From the IMG/VR virus record IMGVR_UViG_3300024272_000023: a stretch of DNA of 64,000 nucleotides; one strand, written 5' to 3'. Within the stretch, counting starts at the first letter, position 1, and each line of letters begins with the position of its first letter. The position numbers and the translations under genes were made by a program. The notes beneath the pieces were generated by a model. The model saw only the letters and a program-made list of their open reading frames with translations, did no database searches and was not told the DNA's origin. This stretch comes from a virus. Lineage: Duplodnaviria; Caudoviricetes. Positions 8,281 to 18,200 of the stretch are shown in pieces.

Positions 8281-10218
8281 ATGGTAATAGGATATGCACG
8301 TCTATCAAAAGACGACCTAAGAAAAAAATATGTGTCAATTGAAAACCAAAAAGATATTATTAACAAATATGCAAAAGAACACGGTCTTGTTGTAGATGAA
8401 ATATATGAAGATGATGGATATACTGGATACACCATGGATAGACCTGCGTTTAATGAGATACAACATCTAATTGACGAAAACTTAGTTGATGTACTTTTAG
8501 TTAAAGACTTATCTAGACTCGGAAGACATAATGCAGGCGTTCTACTTATTTTAGAAAGACTTAGAAAACATGGTGTTAGGATTATCATGATTGATGATAA
8601 TTATGATAGCGAAGTGGATGACGATGATATTGTTGGAATTAAAACTTGGTATAATGAAAGATATGTAAAAGACGGAAGTAAAAAAGTACGTAATGCCATG
8701 AAAAATATGCAAGAGAATGGCAATCTTATAATGAGCGTTCCCTATGGATATATTAAAGATCCGTATGTAAAAACAAAATATTACATAGATGAAGAGGCTG
8801 CCATATGGGTAAAAAAAATATTTGAAACATATGCAGATGGCGGTGGATATAAAAAGACTGCAAAAATACTTAATGAAATGGGGGCACCAACTCCAAGTAT
8901 GTTGCTTGACCGCCGCAAGAAAGAAAAGGGAATAGTATCTAAAATAAAAGTGGCAAACGGATGGGAAACAAATGCTATTAGAAGGATTATTCAAAATGAT
9001 TTCTATATTGGAACATTAAGATTAAGAAAAACAATTAGAAATGGAATCCATGGCGATCAAAAGCATCTTTCAGAGGAAGAACAACACGTCTTTGAAAATG
9101 CACATCCTCCGATAATTTCACTTGAATTATTTAATTTAGTACAATCTATCAATGAAAGAAGAAGAGAGAGCAATGCATACAAAGGCACAAGAAAATACGA
9201 TAATTTGTACGGAGGATTATTATTCTGCGGAGACTGCGAAAGCTCTTTAACAGTCGCTCATTATAACGATGAGGGAATTACTTCATATGCTTGTAGAGTA
9301 TATAGAGAAAGAGGTGTGTCTGCTTGTTCCGCGCACAGCATTAATAAAAAAGAACTTGATTTAATTGTGCAAGATTATCTAATATTATGCAGAAGTGCAA
9401 TGAAAAGTATGATTGAATCATTAGATAGTATAATGTACGAGCAATTGAAGCAAAGTAATGGCAAAGATAAAAAGCTAAAAATGATTAAAGAAAATATTAA
9501 AAACGCACAAGAAGAATTAAAAATTATAATGCAACAAAAAATTAGAGATATTAAAGATGCCGGGGGCGACCCTACAATGACAGAAATGATTGCGCAGACA
9601 TATGACGAAATTCGAAAAGAAAAGTTAAATAAAATTAATAATTTACAGGCCCAAATTAATGAATATGAAAATATGGATAAAAACAGAAGTAATATAAAAC
9701 GTAACTTTACAACGGCATTAGGTTTATTTGATGAAATTATCAACTCGCCAAAAATAAGTAAACGACAATTAGAAACTTTAGTTGAAAAAATATATGTATA
9801 TGAAGACCAATATATTGAAGTACGACTTCGTGGAGAATTAGGAAATATTTTTGAGGACCAAACTATTATGAGAATGTCAAAAGAAGATAGAATAAAACGA
9901 ACTATCATAAATTATATTTCCAGTGTTAATAGTTTTGGGAAAATAAAACTTCTTAATGAAGTTCGTAAATATGATACTATCGCTAATTATGCTATAGTTC
10001 CTATAATAGATGAATTCATAGAAAAGGGTTTTGTTAAACAAACAGAGAAAAGACACAAGGCGGATCATCCTCCATATATCTGTATAGCGTCCAAAGATGA
10101 TATGCTGAGAGGTTTCAATATATGTACTGACATTGATACTATCTACAGATACTGTAACCTTAATGCACAATTCGAAACCATTATTAAGATTAATACATGG
10201 ATATCGAGATATCTATAA
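8281..10218 (+). CDS. large serine recombinase (integrase) with C-terminal extension
   Basis: GYARLS catalytic Ser, KDLSRLGR, PYGY, recombinase domain (Y.G..HPPII), Zn ribbon CGDC..C..C, coiled coil, LVEKIYV. Likely start is ATG 8281. Confidence 0.95.
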   Translation: MVIGYARLSKDDLRKKYVSIENQKDIINKYAKEHGLVVDEIYEDDGYTGYTMDRPAFNEIQHLIDENLVDVLLVKDLSRLGRHNAGVLLILERLRKHGVRIIMIDDNYDSEVDDDDIVGIKTWYNERYVKDGSKKVRNAMKNMQENGNLIMSVPYGYIKDPYVKTKYYIDEEAAIWVKKIFETYADGGGYKKTAKILNEMGAPTPSMLLDRRKKEKGIVSKIKVANGWETNAIRRIIQNDFYIGTLRLRKTIRNGIHGDQKHLSEEEQHVFENAHPPIISLELFNLVQSINERRRESNAYKGTRKYDNLYGGLLFCGDCESSLTVAHYNDEGITSYACRVYRERGVSACSAHSINKKELDLIVQDYLILCRSAMKSMIESLDSIMYEQLKQSNGKDKKLKMIKENIKNAQEELKIIMQQKIRDIKDAGGDPTMTEMIAQTYDEIRKEKLNKINNLQAQINEYENMDKNRSNIKRNFTTALGLFDEIINSPKISKRQLETLVEKIYVYEDQYIEVRLRGELGNIFEDQTIMRMSKEDRIKRTIINYISSVNSFGKIKLLNEVRKYDTIANYAIVPIIDEFIEKGFVKQTEKRHKADHPPYICIASKDDMLRGFNICTDIDTIYRYCNLNAQFETIIKINTWISRYL

Positions 10219-10250
10219 GAGCGAATAGTCGCTCTTATATTTTTTGTTTT
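10214..10250 (+). terminator. intrinsic terminator after the recombinase
   Basis: TATAAGAGCGA-ATAG-TCGCTCTTATA followed by a long T-tract. Confidence 0.85.
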
Positions 10251-10353
10251 TTTCTTGCATAGCAAAACAAAATATGATATTATATAAACATAAAAAATAT
10301 CCATGTATTTTTTATATTTACGCAGGTTATAATTATTGCGAGTGATTATAGCC

Positions 10354-10393
10354 AAAAAAATAAGGACTACCAATTACGGTAGCCCTTATTTTT
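10354..10393. terminator. bidirectional terminator after tubZ
   Basis: AAAATAAGGACTACC-AATTAC-GGTAGCCCTTATTTT with A/T tracts on both sides. Confidence 0.8.
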
Positions 10394-11408
10394 ATCCATT
10401 TAATAACCCCATCAGCAAGTCTCTTGGGTTTGTAGGTGTAACTTGCTCTCTCGTAAATGATAACCCCTTTAGTGGTTCCAATGGTGCAAAATCTTGAATG
10501 AAATTACCACCATTCATATTCTTGACAGTTTCTTCGAACTTTATTCTAAATTTATTTAGAATCTTACTCGGAAACTGTAATCCTGAAATCATAGCAACAG
10601 AAGTTGAGTCAGAGATGCCTAAGTAACTGTCATAAACACCTTGAAATTCTCTAGTAATGTTAGTGATGTCCAGAGACCTGTTACTAGTAGAAAGTGCTAA
10701 GTACATCGCTGATTTTGAGGTAATTTCGGCATATATTCCATTGTGTAGAGCATCAAGAATGTCGGAGGCAGTACTGCGAGATTTGCTTAACTTTGCAAGT
10801 ACTGAAATACCATAGCAAGATAACATTTGTTTGCGCTCCGCTGGGTCGATCACCCCATATATACTATCATTCTTAAGATTAATAAAAGCATCAAGTTCTT
10901 TAGCGAATCTAGTGTTGATAGCAAACTTATCGTGTCTTGCATTGTCCAAAAGAAAGGTTGCTCCTAAATTTTTAATGTTCATAATTTCTACACATGTGTT
11001 ATAAGCATTTTCACACGCCTTTGCACTTTCGACCCTATCGTCTGGTAAAACAATTGCTGGTATACAAACTCTGCCTATTTGAGTTAGATATGTCATCAAT
11101 GGAATACTTAGCCCAGACCCCGTTCCTCCGCTTGAACTGAATGTACAAATAATGTATTTATGAGTCAAGATGGTAGTAATCTTATCTACAATATCCATAA
11201 TGTGCTCTGATGCCAACTGCAAAACTCTTTTTCTGTCACGCGCGGCCCCGTCCGCATTTGGGATGTGAATCTTGTGTGTTCCATTAATCGTTGCAAGATC
11301 GCTTTGACTTGAATTTACATAAACAGTAGTATAACCCAATCGCTCAAACTCGCGCCCGATATTTCCTCCACATTGTCCCAAAGATAAAACTCCAAATTGT
11401 TCACGCAT
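10392..11408 (-). CDS. tubZ: TubZ tubulin/FtsZ-family partition GTPase
   Basis: LGQCGGNI, VNSSQSD, GAARDR, SGGTGSG tubulin signature, LLDN; 338 aa; directly downstream of a wHTH gene, as in type III partition cassettes. Confidence 0.88.
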   Translation of the reverse strand: MREQFGVLSLGQCGGNIGREFERLGYTTVYVNSSQSDLATINGTHKIHIPNADGAARDRKRVLQLASEHIMDIVDKITTILTHKYIICTFSSSGGTGSGLSIPLMTYLTQIGRVCIPAIVLPDDRVESAKACENAYNTCVEIMNIKNLGATFLLDNARHDKFAINTRFAKELDAFINLKNDSIYGVIDPAERKQMLSCYGISVLAKLSKSRSTASDILDALHNGIYAEITSKSAMYLALSTSNRSLDITNITREFQGVYDSYLGISDSTSVAMISGLQFPSKILNKFRIKFEETVKNMNGGNFIQDFAPLEPLKGLSFTREQVTPTNPRDLLMGLLNG

Positions 11409-11409
11409 A

Positions 11410-11661
11410 TTACATTACCTCCAATAATTTTTTTGTTCCAATTTCTGTGATGTAGTAGGTAGAGAATTTCCCGTCCTTAACACCCTTGTTGATATATCCC
11501 TCATTTTGAAGAAAACGAAAAGCCCTATTGAAAGTCGAATCGCTTTTGCCTATATTGCAATAATTCTTCATTTCTTCTGTTGTAATAGCCGTTCCGGCCG
11601 ATGTCGCTTTGTTTTTGTATAATATTGTCATTAAAATCAAATGTGTTCTATTGATTGTCAT
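11410..11661 (-). CDS. tubR: TubR-like winged-helix centromere-binding protein
   Basis: wHTH pattern (STFNRAFRFLQNEGYINKG..TYYITEIG); 1 nt upstream of tubZ; GGGGAG RBS. Confidence 0.75.
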   Translation of the reverse strand: MTINRTHLILMTILYKNKATSAGTAITTEEMKNYCNIGKSDSTFNRAFRFLQNEGYINKGVKDGKFSTYYITEIGTKKLLEVM

Positions 11662-11696
11662 ATCCAACCACTCCCCTTCTACCGTTAGTCATTAAG

Positions 11697-11765
11697 GTGC
11701 AATCACCACCATAAATTTATGATAGCACTTTGAAAGCACTATTGTCAAGCACCTTGACATCACTT
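11697..11765. repeat. candidate tubC iterons (11-12 bp direct repeats)
   Basis: TGATAGCACTT, TGAAAGCACTA, TTGTCAAGCACC and TTGACATCACTT in tandem (11720-11765), plus degenerate GTGCAATCACC at 11697-11707, upstream of tubR. Confidence 0.6.
11719..11748 (-). promoter_or_regulatory. sigmaA promoter of tubRZ
   Basis: Minus-strand TTGACA (11748-43)-18 bp-TATCAT, with TGn extended -10. Confidence 0.7.
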
Positions 11766-11782
11766 TTTTGTTTTATTATAAT
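11754..11782 (+). promoter_or_regulatory. consensus sigmaA promoter of the RHH gene
   Basis: TTGACA (11754-59)-17 bp-TATAAT (11777-82). Confidence 0.85.
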
Positions 11783-11800
11783 ATTTTTGAGGTGACACAG

Positions 11801-11953
11801 ATGGTAATGAAAGAAGGGACACAAACAATAACATTTAGAATTCCGGGAGAACTAAAACTTCAGATCGAAATTGAAGCGGCAAGACAGGGGAGATCGGTAA
11901 ATAATTTATTAAAACAAATTGTTACTGAATATTTGAAAAATCCAAAAAAATAA
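11801..11953 (+). CDS. ribbon-helix-helix (Arc/CopG-like) DNA-binding protein
   Basis: TITFRIPGELKLQIEIEAARQGRSVNNLLKQIV; GAGGTG RBS before ATG 11801. Confidence 0.85.
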   Translation: MVMKEGTQTITFRIPGELKLQIEIEAARQGRSVNNLLKQIVTEYLKNPKK

Positions 11954-11985
11954 GGGAGCGGGCAAAGCCCACTCCCTTTAATTTT
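11945..11985. terminator. bidirectional terminator between the RHH gene and the late operon
   Basis: AAGGGAGCGGGC-AAA-GCCCACTCCCTT flanked by A and T tracts. Confidence 0.8.
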
Positions 11986-12292
11986 ATTTCGTATTGATTT
12001 TCTTTGTGGCAAGAACTATCGAATCGATTAGTTCACTTATTGCCTTTTCGTCAATATCGTACTGCAATGTGTTTTCCATTGCCTTAATAGACGATATTAC
12101 ATAATCTTTTCTTTCTGCCCCATTAGAATAATTCTGCTCAGCCTCAGCCATTAATTTGAGTACAAGCTGCACAACAGCTCCCAAATTCTTTTCTTTAATG
12201 GCCCTTTGAATATATTTTACCAACGATATGACCAATGGAATACAAGCTGTAATTCCTGACAAAATCGCTATAATTAATTCTAACCATGCCAT
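11984..12292 (-). CDS. holin (LL-H-like)
   Basis: N-terminal TM helix, AEAEQ..GAERKDYV pattern; last gene of the late operon. Confidence 0.75.
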   Translation of the reverse strand: MAWLELIIAILSGITACIPLVISLVKYIQRAIKEKNLGAVVQLVLKLMAEAEQNYSNGAERKDYVISSIKAMENTLQYDIDEKAISELIDSIVLATKKINTK

Positions 12293-12308
12293 AATTCATC
12301 GCTCCTTT

Positions 12309-12767
12309 TTAATCATTTTGTTGTGTATGATATGCTGGAAAACTTTGATTGTTATAATATCTTGTAATAAAATCAAATTCTTCATCACCTTCGTGATTCT
12401 GATGAAGAACATTTTTATACTTGTGATAAATAGTTCTAATGTGTTCCATTTCTTCTGGGTGTAATCTAATGCCACGACGACATCTATTTCCGCAATCAAA
12501 CAATTCTGCACGAATCCTATCTGATTCATTTTCCAAAACATTATTCTCAACACGCGTCAACCTATCCTCTAGACATTGATTAACTTCTAATAATTTATCT
12601 ATTTTCTTATCCATCTTATCTATTTTTTCATCTCTTTTTGTATCTTTAGATTTTCTAACAAACGAATCAATAAGACGCTGTCTAAGTGGCTTAATGATTG
12701 TAATCAATAACGCTATACAAGCAGAGATACAACCAACTATTGTGGCTATATTCTTAAATACTTCCAT
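12309..12767 (-). CDS. membrane-anchored coiled-coil protein (lysis-cassette associated)
   Basis: One N-terminal TM, a coiled coil and a Y..Y....N motif; precedes the holin. Confidence 0.65.
   Translation of the reverse strand: MEVFKNIATIVGCISACIALLITIIKPLRQRLIDSFVRKSKDTKRDEKIDKMDKKIDKLLEVNQCLEDRLTRVENNVLENESDRIRAELFDCGNRCRRGIRLHPEEMEHIRTIYHKYKNVLHQNHEGDEEFDFITRYYNNQSFPAYHTQQND
12311..12326 (-). repeat. 16-bp motif, copy 4
   Basis: ACACAACAAAATGATT. Confidence 0.85.
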
Positions 12768-12824
12768 AACATTTCACCTCCTATCATAAGGTATTTGTAT
12801 TTGTTGTTCTCTTAGGAGGTTCTT

Positions 12825-14918
12825 TTATTTCCATTTGCCAACAACAGTATATTCATATCTAACCTGTGCGGCAGTCATTGTAGTTGGGCGCAAGAATCCA
12901 TACTGAGCAGTTTGCGTTGTGGTGTTCATTCCTATTCCGCCACCCTCAGGATATGCCCATGCAGAGACACTATCTCCGCGACAAAACACGGTTTCTTGTG
13001 GTCTACTTGTAAATGTGAAAGGATAATTGATACGAGGAGCAAGAGTATTACTATAATACAAAGTTCCCCACGCCAAGTTGCACGCGCTAGTCATTGTATA
13101 AATTCCCCAGCACTCAGCAAGACCGCTATTCCATTTACGATATGTCCAAATTCCAGATGTACCTTGCTCGACAACAAAATCGGCCAACTTAGCACCGTTA
13201 AAATATATAATCGCACTACCATTTCCAATAGACAAAGAGTTGTTGGTATCGTTATAACTCCAAATTGCTCTGTTATTTTTTCCATCATAACATCCAATTG
13301 CATTTACGTTACTTGGGTTTCCGCCATATAGGTAAGAATTATGAGGATATGTGGAGGTAGTTGGATTTGAAAACCTAATAGATAATTCTCCGGTTTGACC
13401 ATTGGCTCCACCCATGTTGATATTATTTTTAGAATTAATTGCTCCTGTAGTTGTAAGTGTGCCGCTCATCGTAGTGTTACCTACAATTGTGGCAGTACCA
13501 TCAATATTAACGTTCTTATTAAAATCTGCATCCATCGACACCTCAAAAGCATCCTTAGTAGACATAGCGCCAATCGACACACCCTTACCATTAGATCGAA
13601 TATTAATCGGTCTCGCCGCAGATTGTAGTGGCGCTGTAATAGTCTTTGTGGCACCGTAAGCATCCTTGATGGTAAATCGTAGAATATATGCACTAGAAAT
13701 AGCAAACGCCCCATCGCCATATACACCCGTTTTAGTGCTTGCAGTATCGGTTGTCGCCTGAAGTGTTGTCTCGGCAGAATAAGTAGATCCATTATTACTA
13801 CTGTAAGCGACGGTTACAGTTCTTGTATTTTTGCTATTTACAGTAGAGTATGCAGAATTAACAGTATATTTTGCGTAAGTTCCGCTCTCGGTTAAATTAC
13901 CACTTGCGTCGCATCTCTGTACCGATACTGGACCAATCGACGGTGCGGCATATGGGTAAACGGTTATAGAAACCGTTTTACTTGCAGTTCTACCACGAGC
14001 ATCCTTCACTGACACCGTGTACGTTTGCGTACCAGTCGCCTGAAGCGTTGATGTAGTTGCGGTATTTGTCGTAACCGTTGTGTTTATACCAGAACCACTA
14101 TAAGTGTATGACGTAATAGAACTTCCATCTCCCGCAGTCGCAGTTGCTGTTAATTTTGCAGTGGTCTTACCTTGAACATACAGATTAGCAAAAGTGCCAG
14201 CAGTTACAGATGATGTTGCAGTAAAAGCACTTACAGACGGCACAACCGATGCAGGTACATTTGCCGTCACATTTTTGGTTGTGCTTGCAATAAATGTCGT
14301 TCCGCTATATGTTGATAACACGACAGATATTGTAGCGCTTGTGCTGCTTGGAATCCAAGAGTGTGGAATTGTAGCACTAAAAGTATTGGTGCCAGTTGCC
14401 AACGTAATGGTTTGTTTTACTGTAGAATCAATTTTCAGTTCAACCTTATGATTAAATGAAGTCGAAGACGGCGAAACTGTACCTGACAATGCGGATCCGG
14501 TATTAATACTTGTTGGCACGGTCAACCCCGATGCTCTAGGAATTGTTGGTAGTGTAATTGTTGAACTTACAGTCATAGTACCAACATAAATATTACGATA
14601 AGTACCATTCATTACAAATGCACCAGAAAGATTACAAGTACCAGTTCCGTTGCTATTGTGCGACACAGTCACCGTTTTTGTTGCCAATACAGTTGTTGTA
14701 GTGCCAGAACCACCATAACTAATTGATGTACTATAATCCGTTCTGCTGCCACCTACTGAAATATATGAACCACTCAACGCAGTTGCATATAATGCGTAGT
14801 GGCTTACTAACTGCAACTTTGCCGTTACGGTTGATGTGTTTGCCGTTGTGTTTTGTGTATATGAATAATCGATCTGAAGTGTCATCCCTCCGACCGATGT
14901 TCCATTAATAGTTGCCAT
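12825..14918 (-). CDS. siphovirus minor tail/baseplate fibre protein (DUF859-like)
   Basis: S/T-rich beta repeats, TIPRAS, QRCDASG, C-terminal VVEQGTSGIWTYRKWNSGLAECWG. Confidence 0.75.
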   Translation of the reverse strand: MATINGTSVGGMTLQIDYSYTQNTTANTSTVTAKLQLVSHYALYATALSGSYISVGGSRTDYSTSISYGGSGTTTTVLATKTVTVSHNSNGTGTCNLSGAFVMNGTYRNIYVGTMTVSSTITLPTIPRASGLTVPTSINTGSALSGTVSPSSTSFNHKVELKIDSTVKQTITLATGTNTFSATIPHSWIPSSTSATISVVLSTYSGTTFIASTTKNVTANVPASVVPSVSAFTATSSVTAGTFANLYVQGKTTAKLTATATAGDGSSITSYTYSGSGINTTVTTNTATTSTLQATGTQTYTVSVKDARGRTASKTVSITVYPYAAPSIGPVSVQRCDASGNLTESGTYAKYTVNSAYSTVNSKNTRTVTVAYSSNNGSTYSAETTLQATTDTASTKTGVYGDGAFAISSAYILRFTIKDAYGATKTITAPLQSAARPINIRSNGKGVSIGAMSTKDAFEVSMDADFNKNVNIDGTATIVGNTTMSGTLTTTGAINSKNNINMGGANGQTGELSIRFSNPTTSTYPHNSYLYGGNPSNVNAIGCYDGKNNRAIWSYNDTNNSLSIGNGSAIIYFNGAKLADFVVEQGTSGIWTYRKWNSGLAECWGIYTMTSACNLAWGTLYYSNTLAPRINYPFTFTSRPQETVFCRGDSVSAWAYPEGGGIGMNTTTQTAQYGFLRPTTMTAAQVRYEYTVVGKWK

Positions 14919-14936
14919 TCTTTTTCACCTCTTTTG

Positions 14937-15209
14937 TTATTCAATTTCATCTGGACACGTAAAGCCAAGAGCCTTAAGCGCCTCGGCAACTTTCGAAGGA
15001 AATCCTTCTTTACATGTTTCACATAGACACTGATTATAATACTTGAAAGTTCCATCTGGCGTAAGAACATTTGCCTCATAAATACCAAGAAGATCATATG
15101 CTCCATTGGTGTGTTCGACCGACGACCCAACAAGGCAATTACACTCATCGCAATAAAAGTCGTGGTATTTAACTTCTATTGTCGCTTCTTCCGTTCTAAG
15201 TTGTTCCAT
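14937..15209 (-). CDS. small CxxC..CxxC protein
   Basis: CDEC..CETC; AAGGAG RBS before ATG 15209. Confidence 0.65.
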   Translation of the reverse strand: MEQLRTEEATIEVKYHDFYCDECNCLVGSSVEHTNGAYDLLGIYEANVLTPDGTFKYYNQCLCETCKEGFPSKVAEALKALGFTCPDEIE

Positions 15210-15225
15210 AATCCATTCTCCTTTC

Positions 15226-18200
15226 TTAAGTATTAGCCACAATTGAAAGACTTCCATTACTTTCAACTATAATGCTAAATTTACCAATATTTATCACTGG
15301 TGCCTGAAGCATAGTGCTTCCTGAGTATTTACCAGTTACAGTTAGAGGCGACTCGATTTCTGCCTCTTTGATATTCATTTTGGTGCCATTAATATATGCA
15401 ATAGCCTCGTTACCGTAATTAAATGACAATCTCTCATTTGTTAATGATGTTGAAAATTGTGACGGTGTGCCGTTATTATCTTTGGCGCTAATCTTTAATC
15501 CTTCTGTAGAATCAAATGAAAAGTATTGATTGTATGTTTCAATGTTGTCCTTCAAATCATTGAGTTCTTTGTCATACTTCGTAGCAGTAACCCAGTCTAC
15601 ATCTCCATATGTGACATTTGTATGTTCTGCCCTCAGAAGCGTACCCACTGCTACGCCTGCGGGTGCATAGTCTACACCAACAACCCAAAGATCACCTGCT
15701 GCATAATTGGAAGGCTTAGTAGTGAAGACTTTATTTTCATCATTCTTGTCATCTATAGTTGCAACGCTAGTATATTCCACGCCACCAAATGTCATCTTGC
15801 ACATATAACTCTTGCTAAAAGCAACATCTTCACGATTGACTGTTAAATATGCGTTTGTTGCGCCAGAAATAGCACTCCATCCAGAAGCACTGTAGCCATA
15901 CCATTGATATGTTGCACCTGCGGTAATTTCAATATCTCCAATATACGCAAAAGTCTGTAATGTTACGTTTGGTGTATTTATAGAAAGCGCATAACCGTTG
16001 CTTGAATAAATTTGGAATGTTACTGCGTCTGCACCAGGAGCGCCGATGGCACCATCTGCAACAACTGGGATTATTTGCTCGTCCAACAAAGTCGTAGTGC
16101 CACCAGCTAAATACATTCTAACTCGAATGGTCTTATAGGTTGAGTCTACTGTAAATGTTTTTGTGATCTCATTTGCAGTCGAAGTGTATGCGTTGGTATA
16201 AATAGAACCGTCAGTAGAATATGCAATTATCCATCGGCATCCATAGTCGATTGGTGTGTTTGTACCTGTTTGGCTTTTGCCTGTAAATGTAAGTGTTGAA
16301 GGAGTAAGAATTACCGTTCCAGACGCATTTTTTTGTACAACACTCGCACTAGACACAAGCCAATATGATGTAGCAGGAGAACCTTGTGGTCCAGTACCAC
16401 CTGTAGCACCTGTGCTACCTTTGAACGCAATAGAATAAGTAAACATCTTTGTGATTGATACGCCACCAACACTAAGTACAATAGGAATACTACCATTAGG
16501 ACTCACAAACGATGTTGTGCAGGTAAATGTAATGGTTGGGGACGTTCCACTAAGCGCAGAACACGCAAATGTTAAACCAGCAATTCCCGTAGCTGTTGAA
16601 GCAGTCTTTGCTGCGACACCATTTACAGAAACGATAGTTACAGATTGTGCCGTTGTGCCTTTATAGGCTAAAACTTGTGTTGTTGCACTAGAGGCTATGG
16701 CCGTAGATGTGCTACCAGCAAATACGTGAGATTCGTTTGTTAACAAGACTGTATAAGCATCTGCACCGGCGGCGCCTTGATCGCCCTTATCTCCCTTTTG
16801 ACCTTGTTTAGCAATGCCATAAGCAACCTTTCCATCCGAGAATGTTGTTTTTGTCCAAAGGTAATCGCCCTCTGAGACTGCAACAACGGAATCTGACCAT
16901 GTGCCAGTAGGCGCAGTGGTGGCTGAAGTGCCCGCTTGATATTGAATAGAAGATACCGTCACTGAAGAACCTGCTACACCAGTGTCACCCTTTATTCCCT
17001 GTTTAGCATACACATAAGCTACAGTATCAGCCACAGATGTATCGGTATAGTCTGTGATAGTACGAGTCCATAAATACTTTCCCTCTGCGACAACAGGTAT
17101 AGATTGTTGCCAACTAGTCGGCTTAGTTGATGCGTTATCTGATACACCATAATCAATGGTGATAGAACTAATTCCAACACCATCTTTACCGTTTGCGCCT
17201 TGCTTAGCAACACCATATGCGGTTTTGCCGTCTGAAAATGCTGTCTTAGTCCATAAATATTTTCCATCAGCAACTGCGACAACCGCATTAGACCATGTTC
17301 CTGTGGGGGCGGTTGTTGCCGATGCTCCTTCTTGGTATTGGACAGACGATACGGTAACAGACGATCCAGCGGCACCAGAATCGCCTTTTGTGCCCTGCTT
17401 TGCGTAAATATAAGTCACAGTATCAGGAATTTTTTCATCGGTATAATCTATGATGGTGCGAGTCCACAAGTATTTTCCTTCTGCAACAGTAGGAATGGTA
17501 GATTGCCAATCTGTTGGCTGGGTAGACGAAGAGTCTGACACACCATAAGATACGGTTGTAGATTCTATGCCGGCACCTGTTACTCCTGTATTGATTTTAC
17601 TCCAACTGAGTTTTAAATTGGTACTTACCGGACTAGTAACTGGAATAGTGATCGTACCGCTATTACTGGACGCAGAACCAAGCGTTGAATTGTTAGCTAT
17701 ACTAAATGTTAGTATTTGCTCATTTGCCGCAGTAACCGGTGCACTAACCGTCATACCAGCAGGCAAATCTGTGATTGTGCCAATAACGGGAGTTGTTTTC
17801 GTAGTTCCAATATAAGCCACGACATTTGTTGTAAATGACGTAAGCGCAACCTGCCCACTCGAGTTAGCCGTAAAAGAGATATTCTCGTTGGTCAAAAACG
17901 CAAAAGGCGCAGGATTTCCTTGTTCTCCATCAGCACCATCAAAGGCTTTGTAAATTGTAAACACATCCACAGCTGTGCCGTCAGATGCCTTAACAACTAG
18001 CGAATTTGAGGCGAAGGTTGAGCCAGTCACAGTTACTATGTTTCCATTACGAACCACACCAGTTGGCACAGTACTTAGGAAGGTTTGACCACCATTTACG
18101 CTATAAGTCCATTCTGTAACAGTTGTGTTAATTGGAGTTGCGGTAACCGAAATTGTTGATGGCGTATAAACGTTGGTTTTACTCACCTTAAATGCCTGGG

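Noticed and set aside
8992-9001. Core-only CAAAATGATT matches at 8992 and 41677
   Set aside because: Both lack the upstream ACAnnR part, and the 41677 match is against transcription. They are treated as chance and not counted.
10392-11408. Tubulin as PhuZ of a nucleus-forming jumbo phage, or as host FtsZ
   Set aside because: The adjacent TubR-like gene, iterons and Firmicute siphovirus context fit TubZ. No chimallin-like or cell-division genes are visible.
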